Of a DNA stretch of 64,000 nt, positions 17,498 through 26,924 are shown in pieces. Under the pieces are notes generated by a model that was not told the DNA's origin, searched no databases, and saw only the letters and a program-made list of their open reading frames with translations. Position 1 is the stretch's first letter; every line of letters begins with the position of its first letter. The stretch comes from Patescibacteria group bacterium (lineage in GTDB: Bacteria > Patescibacteriota > Minisyncoccia > Phycocordibacterales > Phycocordibacteraceae), in contig JBBTSZ010000002.1 of assembly GCA_038064495.1 (NCBI GenBank), positions 152,934 to 216,933 of the forward strand. The letters are read 5' to 3'. The position numbers and the translations under genes are program-made.

Positions 17498-18892
17498 ATG
17501 AATCCAACCAACAGTAGGGGAGGTGCGCGCCCAAGGTCCTCTGGACCTCGAGGCCGCCGCCCCGACACCAGTAATGCCTACGAAGCAGGCATGAAGTTCG
17601 CCCAAATGGCGCCCATGGCACCAACTAATAATTACGTCCCTCGTCGCGAGCCAGCTCGTGCACGTTTCGCACGCCCTATGCGTGGCGGAAGCTCTTCCGC
17701 TCGTGGAGGCTTTTCAGGTGGCAGTCGAGGAGGTGGAAGCTTTTCTCGTCCAGCCTCTGGCAAACGCAACATGCAGGAAATGGCCGTGGACCTTTCAAAA
17801 CTCGTTAATAAGGCAACCCCGTCAGCAGACGTAGAAGTCTTTACCCCAAAACACGCTTTTGCAGACTTTGCGATTGATGAGCGCTTGAAAGTAAACATCA
17901 CGGCAAAGGGATATTTGAACCCAACGCCTATTCAGGACGAGGCTATTCCACACGTACTCAAGGGAGAGGATATCGTCGGCCTCGCTAACACCGGAACCGG
18001 TAAGACAGCAGCCTTCCTCATCCCGCTTATTGATAAAGTGCTCAAGTTCCGTACCCTCGGAAAGAATGAGCGGGTACTTATCATGGTGCCGACGCGTGAG
18101 CTTGCTCTTCAGATTGAAGCTGAATTCTTTGGCTTCACGAAGGGTCTTCAGCTTGCGTCCGTTACCTGTGTCGGTGGAGCAAACATTGTTCCGCAGATCC
18201 GCGTGCTTCGTCGTAACCCTGCTTTCGTTGTGGGTACACCAGGCCGTCTCAAGGACCTGATGGAGCGTAAAGACCTTGATTTGAAGGACTTTGCGACCGT
18301 CGTGCTGGACGAGGCTGACCGCATGCTTGATATGGGCTTCATTAACGATATGAAGTTTATTTTGAGCCACATGCAGGCAAAGCGTCACACGCTTTTCTTT
18401 TCAGCTACGCTTGACCGCGAAATTGAAAAGTTGATTGGTGATTTCTTGTCATCTCCTGCACGCGTCTCGGTAAAAACTCGCGACACTGCCGCAACGATTG
18501 ATCAGGACGTGGTCTACGTAAAGAAGGAAACCAAGTTCGACACGCTCGTTGAAATGCTTTCGTCTCCTGATATGGACAAAGTTCTTGTCTTTGGACGAAC
18601 GAAGCATGGGGTAGAGCGACTTGCTCGAGACCTTTCGCATCGTGGCATCAAAGCAGACTCTATTCACGGGGATAAAACTCACGGCAAGCGCCAGAAAGCA
18701 CTTGGTCTCTTCAAACAGGACCATGTGCAGGTACTCGTTGCGACCGACGTGGCAGCTCGAGGCCTTGATATTTCAGGTGTCTCACACGTGATTAACTACG
18801 ACCTTCCAGCAACGTACGAGGATTACACCCATCGCATCGGCCGAACGGGACGAGCGGGGAAGACAGGTAAAGCCCTAACGTTCATCAGTTAA
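17498..18892 (+). CDS. DEAD-box ATP-dependent RNA helicase with an N-terminal Arg/Gly-rich tail
   Basis: Q-motif, AxTGTGKT, VLDEADRMLDMGF (DEAD) and HRIGRTGRAG; the first ~100 aa are RGG/low complexity. Confidence 0.85.
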   Translation: MNPTNSRGGARPRSSGPRGRRPDTSNAYEAGMKFAQMAPMAPTNNYVPRREPARARFARPMRGGSSSARGGFSGGSRGGGSFSRPASGKRNMQEMAVDLSKLVNKATPSADVEVFTPKHAFADFAIDERLKVNITAKGYLNPTPIQDEAIPHVLKGEDIVGLANTGTGKTAAFLIPLIDKVLKFRTLGKNERVLIMVPTRELALQIEAEFFGFTKGLQLASVTCVGGANIVPQIRVLRRNPAFVVGTPGRLKDLMERKDLDLKDFATVVLDEADRMLDMGFINDMKFILSHMQAKRHTLFFSATLDREIEKLIGDFLSSPARVSVKTRDTAATIDQDVVYVKKETKFDTLVEMLSSPDMDKVLVFGRTKHGVERLARDLSHRGIKADSIHGDKTHGKRQKALGLFKQDHVQVLVATDVAARGLDISGVSHVINYDLPATYEDYTHRIGRTGRAGKTGKALTFIS

Positions 18893-18913
18893 AACTGAGC
18901 CCCCGAAGCCCAG

Positions 18914-18945
18914 AAACCCCGCAGTCGTTGACTGCGGGGTTTCTG
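18914..18945 (+). terminator. intrinsic terminator AAACCCCGCAGT-cgttg-ACTGCGGGGTTT
   Basis: Perfect 12-bp stem followed by a T-tract. Confidence 0.7.
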
Positions 18946-18989
18946 CTATACTAATTTTATTGGCAAATAAGGGCACATAATCATTACGT

Positions 18990-19703
18990 ATGGACACGGA
19001 TAAGACAGCGGGCGGCACAATTATTGAGAAATACCTCACTCCGATTGCGGTAGTGGTCGGTGCACTCATTATTGCTGGTGCGTTTGCGTTTGGAAATAGT
19101 GGCACAACCGCGAACCCTCAGCAGGGTCAGCAGGCGGTGAAGGTAAACATTAAGGATGTAAAAACAGAGGGCTCACCGTTCATTGGAGATGCGAACGCTC
19201 CGGTAACGATAGCTATTTGGTTTGATTACCAATGTCCTTACTGCAAAAAGTTTGAAGAGACGGTTACCAATAAACTCATTGAGAACTACGTGAAGACCGG
19301 CAAACTCAAGATTGTCTTCAAGGATTTCCAGTTCCTCGGTGAAGATTCTATGGTAGACGCAGAATTCGCTCGCGCTATGTGGGAGGCATATCCTGACCAC
19401 TACTACGAGTGGTACATGGCTATGTTCGCTGCACAGGATGATGAAGGTGACAAAGGCTTTGGTGATCTTGAGTCAGTGAAGACACTCACCGCAAAGATTC
19501 CGGGTGTAGACGTCGCGAAGGTGGTCAAACTCATGACGGACAAGAAATCAGAGTATGACACCGCGATTACTGCCGACCGTACCGAAGGTCAGGCTCTTGG
19601 TATCAAGGGTACTCCAAACGTTATTATCGGCACCAGCCTCCTTTCAGGAGCCCAGCCCTACGAGTCTGTCGCACCACTCATTGATGCACAGCTGAAGAAG
19701 TAG
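18990..19703 (+). CDS. DsbA-family thiol:disulfide oxidoreductase (membrane-anchored, CPYC)
   Basis: N-terminal TM, thioredoxin fold with WFDYQCPYCKKF. Confidence 0.8.
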   Translation: MDTDKTAGGTIIEKYLTPIAVVVGALIIAGAFAFGNSGTTANPQQGQQAVKVNIKDVKTEGSPFIGDANAPVTIAIWFDYQCPYCKKFEETVTNKLIENYVKTGKLKIVFKDFQFLGEDSMVDAEFARAMWEAYPDHYYEWYMAMFAAQDDEGDKGFGDLESVKTLTAKIPGVDVAKVVKLMTDKKSEYDTAITADRTEGQALGIKGTPNVIIGTSLLSGAQPYESVAPLIDAQLKK

Positions 19704-19743
19704 TCTCTCCTCACTCGTTTGAAAGAGAAAACAGCCCCTTCGG

Positions 19744-19775
19744 GCTGTTTTCTCTAATCTCACAAAGGGCTTTTC
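19744..19775 (+). terminator. intrinsic terminator CAGCCC-cttc-GGGCTG + TTTTCTCT
   Basis: Hairpin plus T-tract directly after the DsbA-family stop. Confidence 0.6.
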
Positions 19776-19806
19776 AGTCCTGCTAAGCCTGGTACACTAG
19801 CTTCTA

Positions 19807-20310
19807 ATGGCAAATGGCTATAACGAATGGAAGGTGGATATGACGAGCGGGAAGGATATCCCGCACTATTACGGGGATTATGTCCGCACGCTTTTTATTG
19901 TTATGGCAGTGGTCTCCTTTATCGCGACTCCGCTCTGGGGAGATTTACTCCCGTTTGGGGTGATTGCACAGACGGTGGCACCGCTTCTTCTCGTCTTGCT
20001 TGCAGGACTCACGAGTGCAAAAAACCACTACATCATGCTTATCAATGCGACCATTTCCGGCGTATCTGTCCTCTTACTTGAGTCGTATGCCATTATCATG
20101 CACCATACACAGTCCTCCGAACTTTTCTTTGCTCGAGAAGCCGGCGTACTTCTTATGCTCGGTTCTCTCTACTTCAGTATCAAAACATTTCGCGCCATGA
20201 TGAGCGGCAAGATGGGTCACTTTGATTCACTCTTTGAATTTGATGGCGCGACACCTCCACCAGTAGCAGACGATTCGATACACGCCGATATCAGTTCCTA
20301 TAATGAATAA
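19807..20310 (+). CDS. hypothetical membrane protein
   Basis: 167 aa with 4 predicted TM helices; no known motif. Confidence 0.45.
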   Translation: MANGYNEWKVDMTSGKDIPHYYGDYVRTLFIVMAVVSFIATPLWGDLLPFGVIAQTVAPLLLVLLAGLTSAKNHYIMLINATISGVSVLLLESYAIIMHHTQSSELFFAREAGVLLMLGSLYFSIKTFRAMMSGKMGHFDSLFEFDGATPPPVADDSIHADISSYNE

Positions 20311-20319
20311 GGTAGACTG

Positions 20320-20766
20320 ATGAGTATGAACCTCATCACCAAAATTAAATCGGTAGACTGGAATCACGTTACGAAATATTCTCAAATACTCGCCGTTGTA
20401 CTCTTTGTTGGTGTCTTCGGACTTGGTTTCTGGCTCGGAAAAACCTACGAGTATCGGGCTTTCACTAATTCTCTTAAGGAAGCTCATAGTAAGGCTGCTC
20501 CCGACAGTGGAAAATCAATTGCAGATGTTACCTACAGCTGCAATGCAGACAAATTCCTCCACGCACTCTATTTTGGTGACCACGTCAGTATCGCTGCATC
20601 TGACGGACGTAATCTCTATCTTCCGCTGACACCTTCCGCATCAGGAGCTCACTATACCAACCAGGACGAGTCGGTGGTTTTCTGGAACGAGGGGAATACA
20701 GCCTTTATTACCGAGGGTAAGAAAACCACTTTCGAAAATTGCATAGCCAAGCCCATCCCAGAATAA
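20320..20766 (+). CDS. MliC-family (membrane-bound lysozyme inhibitor of C-type lysozyme)-like protein, TM-anchored
   Basis: YSCNADK..., SASGAHYT (SxSGAxY core), VFWNEGNTAFI and a closing Cys (FENC) fit the MliC/PliC fold pattern. Confidence 0.55.
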   Translation: MSMNLITKIKSVDWNHVTKYSQILAVVLFVGVFGLGFWLGKTYEYRAFTNSLKEAHSKAAPDSGKSIADVTYSCNADKFLHALYFGDHVSIAASDGRNLYLPLTPSASGAHYTNQDESVVFWNEGNTAFITEGKKTTFENCIAKPIPE

Positions 20767-20828
20767 AGGACGGTGTGGATTCACACAGCTGTAAGATGAC
20801 GTCCTGTAGGGCGTCATATACTGTACCT

Positions 20829-21374
20829 ATGAAACATTCATTGCTTTCGGTGCTGTTTGCATTCGTACTCTTTACTCCCGTCACGCAAGCAGCGAGCGAT
20901 GTCTGTACCACCGACTATAGTCCAGTCTGTGGCGCACACCCAGTACAGTGCATTAAGGCTCCGTGCTATCCGGTGTATCAAACGTATTCAAATGCTTGCA
21001 TGATGGAGCGAGAATCAGCAAGTTTCATCCACTCCGGCACCTGCACATCTGAGGAGAATGGACCAGTATTGCCGGTTGAAGCATACACACCACCCAAGAA
21101 TTGCACCGCATGGTTTGATGGTTGTAATTCATGTAGTCGAGGTCCGAAAGGCACTGCCATGTGTACCTTGCGTGCGTGCCAAATAGGCTCGGAGAAACCC
21201 GGGTACTGTACCGCCTATGAAGAGCCTGCTCCCGTCGTAACCCCACCAAAGGGAGGTACGGGAGTGGTACATCCGACACCGCCTGTTACTGAGGCAACTA
21301 CAACAACGGAATCAACCCCACCACCTGGATTCCTCGAGAGGTTATGGAATTGGTTTTTGCACTGGTTTCGGTAA
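20829..21374 (+). CDS. secreted cysteine-rich protein with a Kazal-like protease-inhibitor domain and Pro/Thr-rich tail
   Basis: Signal peptide MKHSLLSVLFAFVLFTPVTQA; YSPVCG...TYSNAC matches the Kazal PVCG/TY-N-C core; a second Cys-rich module; ends with hydrophobic WNWFLHWF. Confidence 0.5.
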   Translation: MKHSLLSVLFAFVLFTPVTQAASDVCTTDYSPVCGAHPVQCIKAPCYPVYQTYSNACMMERESASFIHSGTCTSEENGPVLPVEAYTPPKNCTAWFDGCNSCSRGPKGTAMCTLRACQIGSEKPGYCTAYEEPAPVVTPPKGGTGVVHPTPPVTEATTTTESTPPPGFLERLWNWFLHWFR

Positions 21375-21479
21375 AATAGGACTATCCCCAGAGGCTCAAA
21401 AAGTAGCTTTCACTGTTTTAGAAAGATTTATACTTAAGGGGTAAGATCATAACGATCATTAAATAAATTACAAAACGCT

Positions 21480-21872
21480 ATGGCTAAAACGCTTGCGATT
21501 GTGTTCGGTATCGTGTTTGTGCTCGTCGGTGTGCTCGGCTTCATTCCAAACGGAATAGTAGGCGCAATGGGAATCTTTGAGACCAATACGTTGCATGACC
21601 TCGTGCACTTGCTCGTTGGTATCATTCTCCTTGCTGTTGCTTTCACGGCACCAATGAAGTCCGCTCTATGGCTTAAAATCCTCGGCGCGGTCTACCTCGT
21701 ACTTGCGGTACTTGGTTTCCTCATGATTCCTTCAGGAGGAATGCTTCTTGGTCTCGTGCAGATGAATGCTACTGATCACCTCCTTCACGCTGTGCTTGGT
21801 ATCGTGCTTATTGCTGCTGGCGCCATGGGTGGCGGTAGCAAACCAGCAATGATGCCTGGTTCTGCGATGTAA
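21480..21872 (+). CDS. DUF4383-family small membrane protein
   Basis: MAKTLAIVFGIVFVLVGVLGFIP... is the typical DUF4383 N-terminus with 4 TM. Confidence 0.65.
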   Translation: MAKTLAIVFGIVFVLVGVLGFIPNGIVGAMGIFETNTLHDLVHLLVGIILLAVAFTAPMKSALWLKILGAVYLVLAVLGFLMIPSGGMLLGLVQMNATDHLLHAVLGIVLIAAGAMGGGSKPAMMPGSAM

Positions 21873-21914
21873 GACAGACGCTACGCGTTGTCTTGCTGAC
21901 TGCGCTCGCTCAGA

Positions 21915-21942
21915 AAAAAGACCTCCACAAGAGGTCTTTTTT
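21915..21942. terminator. intrinsic terminator AAAAGACCTC-cacaa-GAGGTCTTTTTT
   Basis: Perfect stem flanked by A- and T-tracts. Confidence 0.75.
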
Positions 21943-21980
21943 CATTCACTCGCTTGTCAGTAAGCCTCGCTGTTTGTTTG

Positions 21981-22013
21981 TATATAAAAACCACCATGCC
22001 GAGACGATGGTGG
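21981..22013 (-). terminator. intrinsic terminator CCACCATCGTCTCGGCATGGTGG + TTTTTATATA (minus strand)
   Basis: Hairpin then a T-run when read on the minus strand, just downstream of the 22029 stop. Confidence 0.6.
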
Positions 22014-22028
22014 TGTGGTTGAAGGGAA

Positions 22029-22250
22029 TTAGGGAAGAATAGGACGTGCTTGAGGAAGTGGAAAGGGTGGTTGGCTTGGAGTACCGAGAGCTGCGGACTT
22101 TGCGGCATATCCAGAGGCAACGTTGGCTGACACTTCAGCTCCATGCAAGAACGAGACCATGGTGCTAATTCCTTGGGTGAGAACAGCGGGGGCGAGAAAT
22201 CGTAGAACAATAATCAAGATACCAAGACCAATAGCATTCCGTATACCCAT
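22029..22250 (-). CDS. small hypothetical membrane protein
   Basis: 73 aa with an N-terminal TM; supported mainly by its own downstream terminator; no clear SD. Confidence 0.35.
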   Translation of the reverse strand: MGIRNAIGLGILIIVLRFLAPAVLTQGISTMVSFLHGAEVSANVASGYAAKSAALGTPSQPPFPLPQARPILP

Positions 22251-22367
22251 ACAGATGTGGTGATGAGTAAATTGCAGTTCGTAACTGCAACGAGACAGGC
22301 AGGGTCTCTTGACTATATCTATGAACGGCTCCCTCTACCCTTAGAAACCAACGCTACCGATGAAAGG

Positions 22368-22916
22368 TTACGTAGTTGATGTGGTTGCAAGTAGGTCGGC
22401 AAATTCCTTCTGCACTTTCTGAAGTTTAGGAGCAATAATCACCTGGCAGTAACCCTGATTCTTGTTGTTGGCGTAGTAGTTCTTGTGATAATCCTCAGCA
22501 GGATAAAAGGTCGCGTTTTCTTCCACCGTTGTCACGATAGGGTCGCCTCCTTCGGCGGAGTGTTCCAATTCTGCAATAAAGGCTTTTGCCTCCTCAGCTT
22601 GTAGAGGGGTGGTAGGGAAGACCGCGGAACGGTACTGCGTACCGACGTCGTTTCCTTGTTGGTTCAACTGTGTGGCGTCGTGACTACCGAAAAAGACCGT
22701 CATGAGAGAACGGTAAGAAACGAGGGAGGGATCGTATTCAATACGGATGACTTCTGCGTGTCCGGTGGTTCCGGTAGAGACGTCTTGGTACGAAGGGTTT
22801 GGATTTTTTCCTCCGGCGTAGCCTGGCTCAACCTTTGAAACACCCTTCAGCATTTGGAATACTGCTTCGGTGCACCAGAAACAACCCCCACCGAATATTG
22901 CAACTTCAGTGTTCAT
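22368..22916 (-). CDS. msrA: peptide-methionine (S)-S-oxide reductase MsrA
   Basis: AIFGGGCFWCTEAVF active site. Confidence 0.9.
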   Translation of the reverse strand: MNTEVAIFGGGCFWCTEAVFQMLKGVSKVEPGYAGGKNPNPSYQDVSTGTTGHAEVIRIEYDPSLVSYRSLMTVFFGSHDATQLNQQGNDVGTQYRSAVFPTTPLQAEEAKAFIAELEHSAEGGDPIVTTVEENATFYPAEDYHKNYYANNKNQGYCQVIIAPKLQKVQKEFADLLATTSTT

Positions 22917-23332
22917 TTTGCTCCTTCCTCGAAGTCGAGGCAGACGGAATTAATGCAGTATCTCTTTCCGCCTGCTTCAGCAGGTCCGTCTTCAAACACG
23001 TGTCCGAGGTGTCCGTTGCACTGCTTACAGTAGACTTCGGTACGGTGCATACCGTGACTGTCATCTGAACGTGTCCCGACATTTTCCGCGACCGCAGGGT
23101 CAGTGAAAGAAGGCCAGCCCGTACCTGAGTCAAACTTCTGGTCACTCGTAAAAAGGACGTTTCCGCAGGCCTTGCACTTGTACATGCCGGCCTCGTGATT
23201 ATCTACATATTTCCCAGTAAACGGAGCTTCGGTCTCTCCTTTCCTGAGCACCGCATATTCCTCAGGGGAAAGTTTGTTGCGCCACTCTTCATCTGTTTTT
23301 TGCATGGGTTCCATATACTCCCATTCTATCAT
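22913..23332 (-). CDS. msrB: peptide-methionine (R)-S-oxide reductase MsrB (Zn type)
   Basis: CKACGNVLF...CKQCNGHLGHVFEDGP; overlaps msrA by 4 nt. Confidence 0.9.
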   Translation of the reverse strand: MIEWEYMEPMQKTDEEWRNKLSPEEYAVLRKGETEAPFTGKYVDNHEAGMYKCKACGNVLFTSDQKFDSGTGWPSFTDPAVAENVGTRSDDSHGMHRTEVYCKQCNGHLGHVFEDGPAEAGGKRYCINSVCLDFEEGAK

Positions 23333-23357
23333 TTTTGCTTATGCTAGTATTGAGGTC

Positions 23358-23798
23358 ATGACGCGCAAGAACCTCCTCTACACGATAGGTTTTTTTGCTT
23401 TTATAGGCCTTCTGGATGCCTGGTACTTGGCTGATATGGCACTTACCGGTGGAAGCCTTACCTGCACACTAGAAGGTCTTGATGGATGTAACGTGGTTGC
23501 ACAAAGTAGCTATTCACGGTTATTCGGTCAGCCGCTCGCGCTCTACGGCGTCTTTTTCTATGTGTTCTTCCTCATCACGGCCTCACTCGCGTTTTACAAA
23601 CCGACCCGTACCGTTGATCACCTCATCATTCTCCTTGGTATCGGTGGTTTTGCGTCCTCGCTCTACTTCCTCTATGTGCAGTTTGTCCTCATTCAAGCTC
23701 TCTGTGTGTATTGTCTCGGTTCAGCCATTGCATCCACGTGTTTACTTGCTCTGGCTATTCTCCTAAAACGTCGCGGACACAGCTTGACTATCCCTTAG
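23358..23798 (+). CDS. vitamin K epoxide reductase (VKOR)-family protein (DsbB analogue)
   Basis: 4-TM VKOR core with Cys pairs (CTLEGLDGC and the CVYC active-site motif). Confidence 0.75.
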   Translation: MTRKNLLYTIGFFAFIGLLDAWYLADMALTGGSLTCTLEGLDGCNVVAQSSYSRLFGQPLALYGVFFYVFFLITASLAFYKPTRTVDHLIILLGIGGFASSLYFLYVQFVLIQALCVYCLGSAIASTCLLALAILLKRRGHSLTIP

Positions 23799-23824
23799 CT
23801 CCACTCGTGGTATTATCGGGCCAT

Positions 23825-24979
23825 ATGGCAAGACGACTCGCCTTGGCCCTCATTCTCACGGTTCTCCCGTGGTCGGCTCATGCGGCAACCCTTGAATCTG
23901 GCCGGACCATTGTATTGTCTGAAGCTTCCTCTACAAACGCGTACCTTGCTGGTACGGATGTCACGGTCGTCGCACCACTTGCCGGTGACTTGCTAGCTGC
24001 AGGTGCAACTATTCACGCAAATGCTCCTATCGCAGGAGACCTTATGCTTGCAGGCGGAACGATACTCGTTGAAAAGCCCGTAGCGGGCGATGTGCGTGTG
24101 TTTGGTGGTGAAGTAACCCTTTCCGCCCCAATTGGTGGAGATTTGCTTGCAGCGGGTAATACCGTTATCGCGTCCACGAGTGCACGTGATACGCGTATTG
24201 CAGGCGCTACCGTAAAGCTCCTCGCAGGCGCCAGCGGCCCCGTACACGTGGTTGGTTCTGACATCACCCTTACGGGAGACTTTAGTGGGGACGTCACGAT
24301 TGAAGCCTCAAACAGCATCACGATTACGGACGGTACGCACATACACGGCGGTCTAAAGTACAACGCACCGGAACAGATTGTGATTCCAGCGACCGCTCTC
24401 GTTGACGGAGGAATCACCTATATTGGCAGTTCTGCATATCTTCCAACCAACAGCGAAGCACACACCTTTGCACTTGCCGGTGCCACCATTCTCTTCCTGG
24501 TAGGCATGATTGCGCTCAGCATTCTTGCCGGACTCTTTGCCGGACTCTTCCCGGAGTTTACTCACCAGATTGCTGAGAAAACGTTGTCAGCCCGACCGCA
24601 ACGGTTCGTCCTCCTCACCCTTCTTGGATTCGGCGTTCTCGTTGCAACACCGGTTCTTATTTTGATACTCGGCCTTTCGTTCGTGGGTATTGGGGTCGCG
24701 ATCGCCCTTACCGGCGTCTATGCACTCTTCATCATGTCTGCCTACGTCTATGCAGGAATTCTTGCAGGAGCTGCACTCTCACGGCGCTTCCTCAAGCGTA
24801 ACGTTATCACCTGGAGGGAAGCGGTGATTGGTACCTTCATCTTGTATTTCATCGGACTCATACCGTTCCTCGGCGGACTCATTAAATTTATTCTCATGAT
24901 GTCAGCTGGTGGAGCGATTGTCTCTATCGTCTACCACTTCACATTCAAGCGGGAGGAACAGCTCGTAGCTGAGGTCTAA
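23825..24979 (+). CDS. membrane protein: secreted bactofilin-like beta-helical repeat domain + C-terminal polytopic domain
   Basis: Signal peptide; ~10 tandem AGDLLAAGATI/VAGDVRVFGGEV-type repeats; then 5-6 TM helices. Confidence 0.55.
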   Translation: MARRLALALILTVLPWSAHAATLESGRTIVLSEASSTNAYLAGTDVTVVAPLAGDLLAAGATIHANAPIAGDLMLAGGTILVEKPVAGDVRVFGGEVTLSAPIGGDLLAAGNTVIASTSARDTRIAGATVKLLAGASGPVHVVGSDITLTGDFSGDVTIEASNSITITDGTHIHGGLKYNAPEQIVIPATALVDGGITYIGSSAYLPTNSEAHTFALAGATILFLVGMIALSILAGLFAGLFPEFTHQIAEKTLSARPQRFVLLTLLGFGVLVATPVLILILGLSFVGIGVAIALTGVYALFIMSAYVYAGILAGAALSRRFLKRNVITWREAVIGTFILYFIGLIPFLGGLIKFILMMSAGGAIVSIVYHFTFKREEQLVAEV

Positions 24980-24980
24980 T

Positions 24981-25451
24981 ATGGCGTTTCCAGCCGTACA
25001 TACTAAAGCACCGGACTTTACGCTCCCTGACCAAGATGGAAAGATGCATACCTTGAGCGCACTCAAAGGCTCATGGGTGCTCATCTATTTTTATCCGAAA
25101 GACGATACGCCAGGATGCACGAAGCAGGCGTGCATGCTTCGCGATGCTGAGCCGGATTTTTCAAAACTAAACGCCGTCGTACTCGGTGTGTCAGCGGACT
25201 CGATCGCAAAACACAAAAAGTTTGTGGACAAATATGGCCTCCCATTTCCGCTTCTTGCAGACGAAGATAAGAAGGTGGTGAAAGCCTACGATGTGTGGCA
25301 GTTGAAAAAGATGATGGGTAGAGAATACGAAGGCATTGTCCGGACCTCATTTCTGATTAATCCAAAGGGAGAGATTGAAAAGATTTACGAAAAAGTGAAG
25401 CCGGAAATGCATGCAGAAATGGTACTTGCCGACCTAAAGGAGTACGCCTAA
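24981..25451 (+). CDS. bcp: thiol peroxidase Bcp (peroxiredoxin Q family)
   Basis: FYPKDDTPGCTKQAC peroxidatic Cys motif. Confidence 0.85.
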   Translation: MAFPAVHTKAPDFTLPDQDGKMHTLSALKGSWVLIYFYPKDDTPGCTKQACMLRDAEPDFSKLNAVVLGVSADSIAKHKKFVDKYGLPFPLLADEDKKVVKAYDVWQLKKMMGREYEGIVRTSFLINPKGEIEKIYEKVKPEMHAEMVLADLKEYA

Positions 25452-25569
25452 AAAGCTCATATGCTTTGTTACGGGTCCCAACTGGCTCGTCCGCCGTATA
25501 GCACATACGTCTCCCTCGCCAGTTTTCCCGTGCCTCGCCTCTGAAGCTTTTTAAACGTACTCTAAGCCC

Positions 25570-26253
25570 ATGTCCCAACTTGTCATGAACCAGAAGAAGT
25601 TTGATGAGCGCAGAAAGCGTGCGGCAAAGATAGTCTCGTATTTAAAAAAGACCTATCCTGTCCCCAAGACGGAACTTGTCTACGATACTGACTTCCAGCT
25701 TTTGTCCGCAGTCATTTTGTCAGCGCAGTGCACCGATAAGAAAGTAAACGCGGTCGCAGACAAACTCTGGAAGAAATACAAAACAGTTGCCGATTTCGCC
25801 AGGATGGATAGGGAAGTGTTTGAGCGTGAGATTTCCGGCATTACCTACTATCGCAGTAAGGCGCGTTACATACAGGAGTCCGCGCAGCTTGTCGTAGCGA
25901 ATTTTGACGGTAAGGTGCCAAAGACTGAGAAGGAACTCATTACGCTTCCGGGCGTGGCGTACAAGACCGCGCACGTCGTTCTGAACGAACTCTTTAATAT
26001 CTCAGAAGGTATTCCAACCGATACGCATGTACGGCGCTTCGCGCTCCGATTTGATTTAGTAGACAATACGGTACTCTCAAAGATTTCCAAGGAGCTGGAA
26101 GCACTTATTCCGAAGAAAGACTGGAAGTATGTAAACAATGGCCTCGTACTCTACGGACGGTATGTCTGTAACGCCATTCCACATGATTGTTCAAAGCATC
26201 CACTCACCAAACTGTGGCCGAAGGCTGGTATGATATGGCCGAAGGCTAAGTAA
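25570..26253 (+). CDS. nth: endonuclease III-family HhH-GPD DNA glycosylase
   Basis: LLSAVILSAQCTDKKVN, LPGVAYKTAHVVL (HhH) and catalytic D; the C-terminal Cys cluster is incomplete. Confidence 0.75.
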   Translation: MSQLVMNQKKFDERRKRAAKIVSYLKKTYPVPKTELVYDTDFQLLSAVILSAQCTDKKVNAVADKLWKKYKTVADFARMDREVFEREISGITYYRSKARYIQESAQLVVANFDGKVPKTEKELITLPGVAYKTAHVVLNELFNISEGIPTDTHVRRFALRFDLVDNTVLSKISKELEALIPKKDWKYVNNGLVLYGRYVCNAIPHDCSKHPLTKLWPKAGMIWPKAK

Positions 26254-26255
26254 CT

Positions 26256-26858
26256 ATGAGTCCCCACGAAATTATTGGTATCACTGCGGGGGTGCTCGCG
26301 TTCGGTTCTGCTATTCCGTACATATGGGACATCATCGGTGGCATCACAAAGCCAAACACCGTTACGTATTTTGTCTGGACTCTTCTGCAAGGGATTGCTA
26401 TTGCGGCTCAGCTTGAGTTAGGAGCTTCATGGTCCATATTCCTGCTTGTAGGAACAACGCTGAACACCGGAATCATTTTCCTCCTCTCGTTGACTAAGTA
26501 TGGGTATAAAAAATACAGTAACGTTGATACCGTCGCACTTATTCTTGCGGGTATCGCCATTCTCATCCTTATTTTCACGGAACACCCGGTGCTCGCCATT
26601 TTGCTTCCGATTGTGGCGGACGCGATTGGTGCGGTTCCAACTGTTGTAAAAACCCGAAAATATCCGCATACGGAAGAACGCTTTGCGTGGTTCCTCATGA
26701 TTATTGCGTCAGCACTCGGTATTGTGGCAACTGAAAAGCTGGATTTTGCGAACCTCGCGTACCCATCGTTCCTCTTGTTTGAAGCTATTGTTATCTTCTC
26801 CCTCGCTTTCTTCACAAAACGAACGCTCGTTTGTCGCTGGGGCAGAGGCTGTATTTAA
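26256..26858 (+). CDS. hypothetical polytopic membrane protein
   Basis: 200 aa, 6 TM, no motif recognised; starts 3 nt after nth. Confidence 0.5.
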   Translation: MSPHEIIGITAGVLAFGSAIPYIWDIIGGITKPNTVTYFVWTLLQGIAIAAQLELGASWSIFLLVGTTLNTGIIFLLSLTKYGYKKYSNVDTVALILAGIAILILIFTEHPVLAILLPIVADAIGAVPTVVKTRKYPHTEERFAWFLMIIASALGIVATEKLDFANLAYPSFLLFEAIVIFSLAFFTKRTLVCRWGRGCI

Positions 26859-26924
26859 AGGACATATTGACAAACAGGACTAAATGACCTATAATATTAG
26901 GTAGACCAGTTGGAGGTATTTCAA

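Noticed and set aside
17068-17624. ORFs 17068-17427 (-) and 17424-17624 (-) in the typA-helicase intergenic region
   Set aside because: There are no RBSs, the translations are implausible, and they overlap the repeat copy and the helicase start. The region is treated as non-coding leader.
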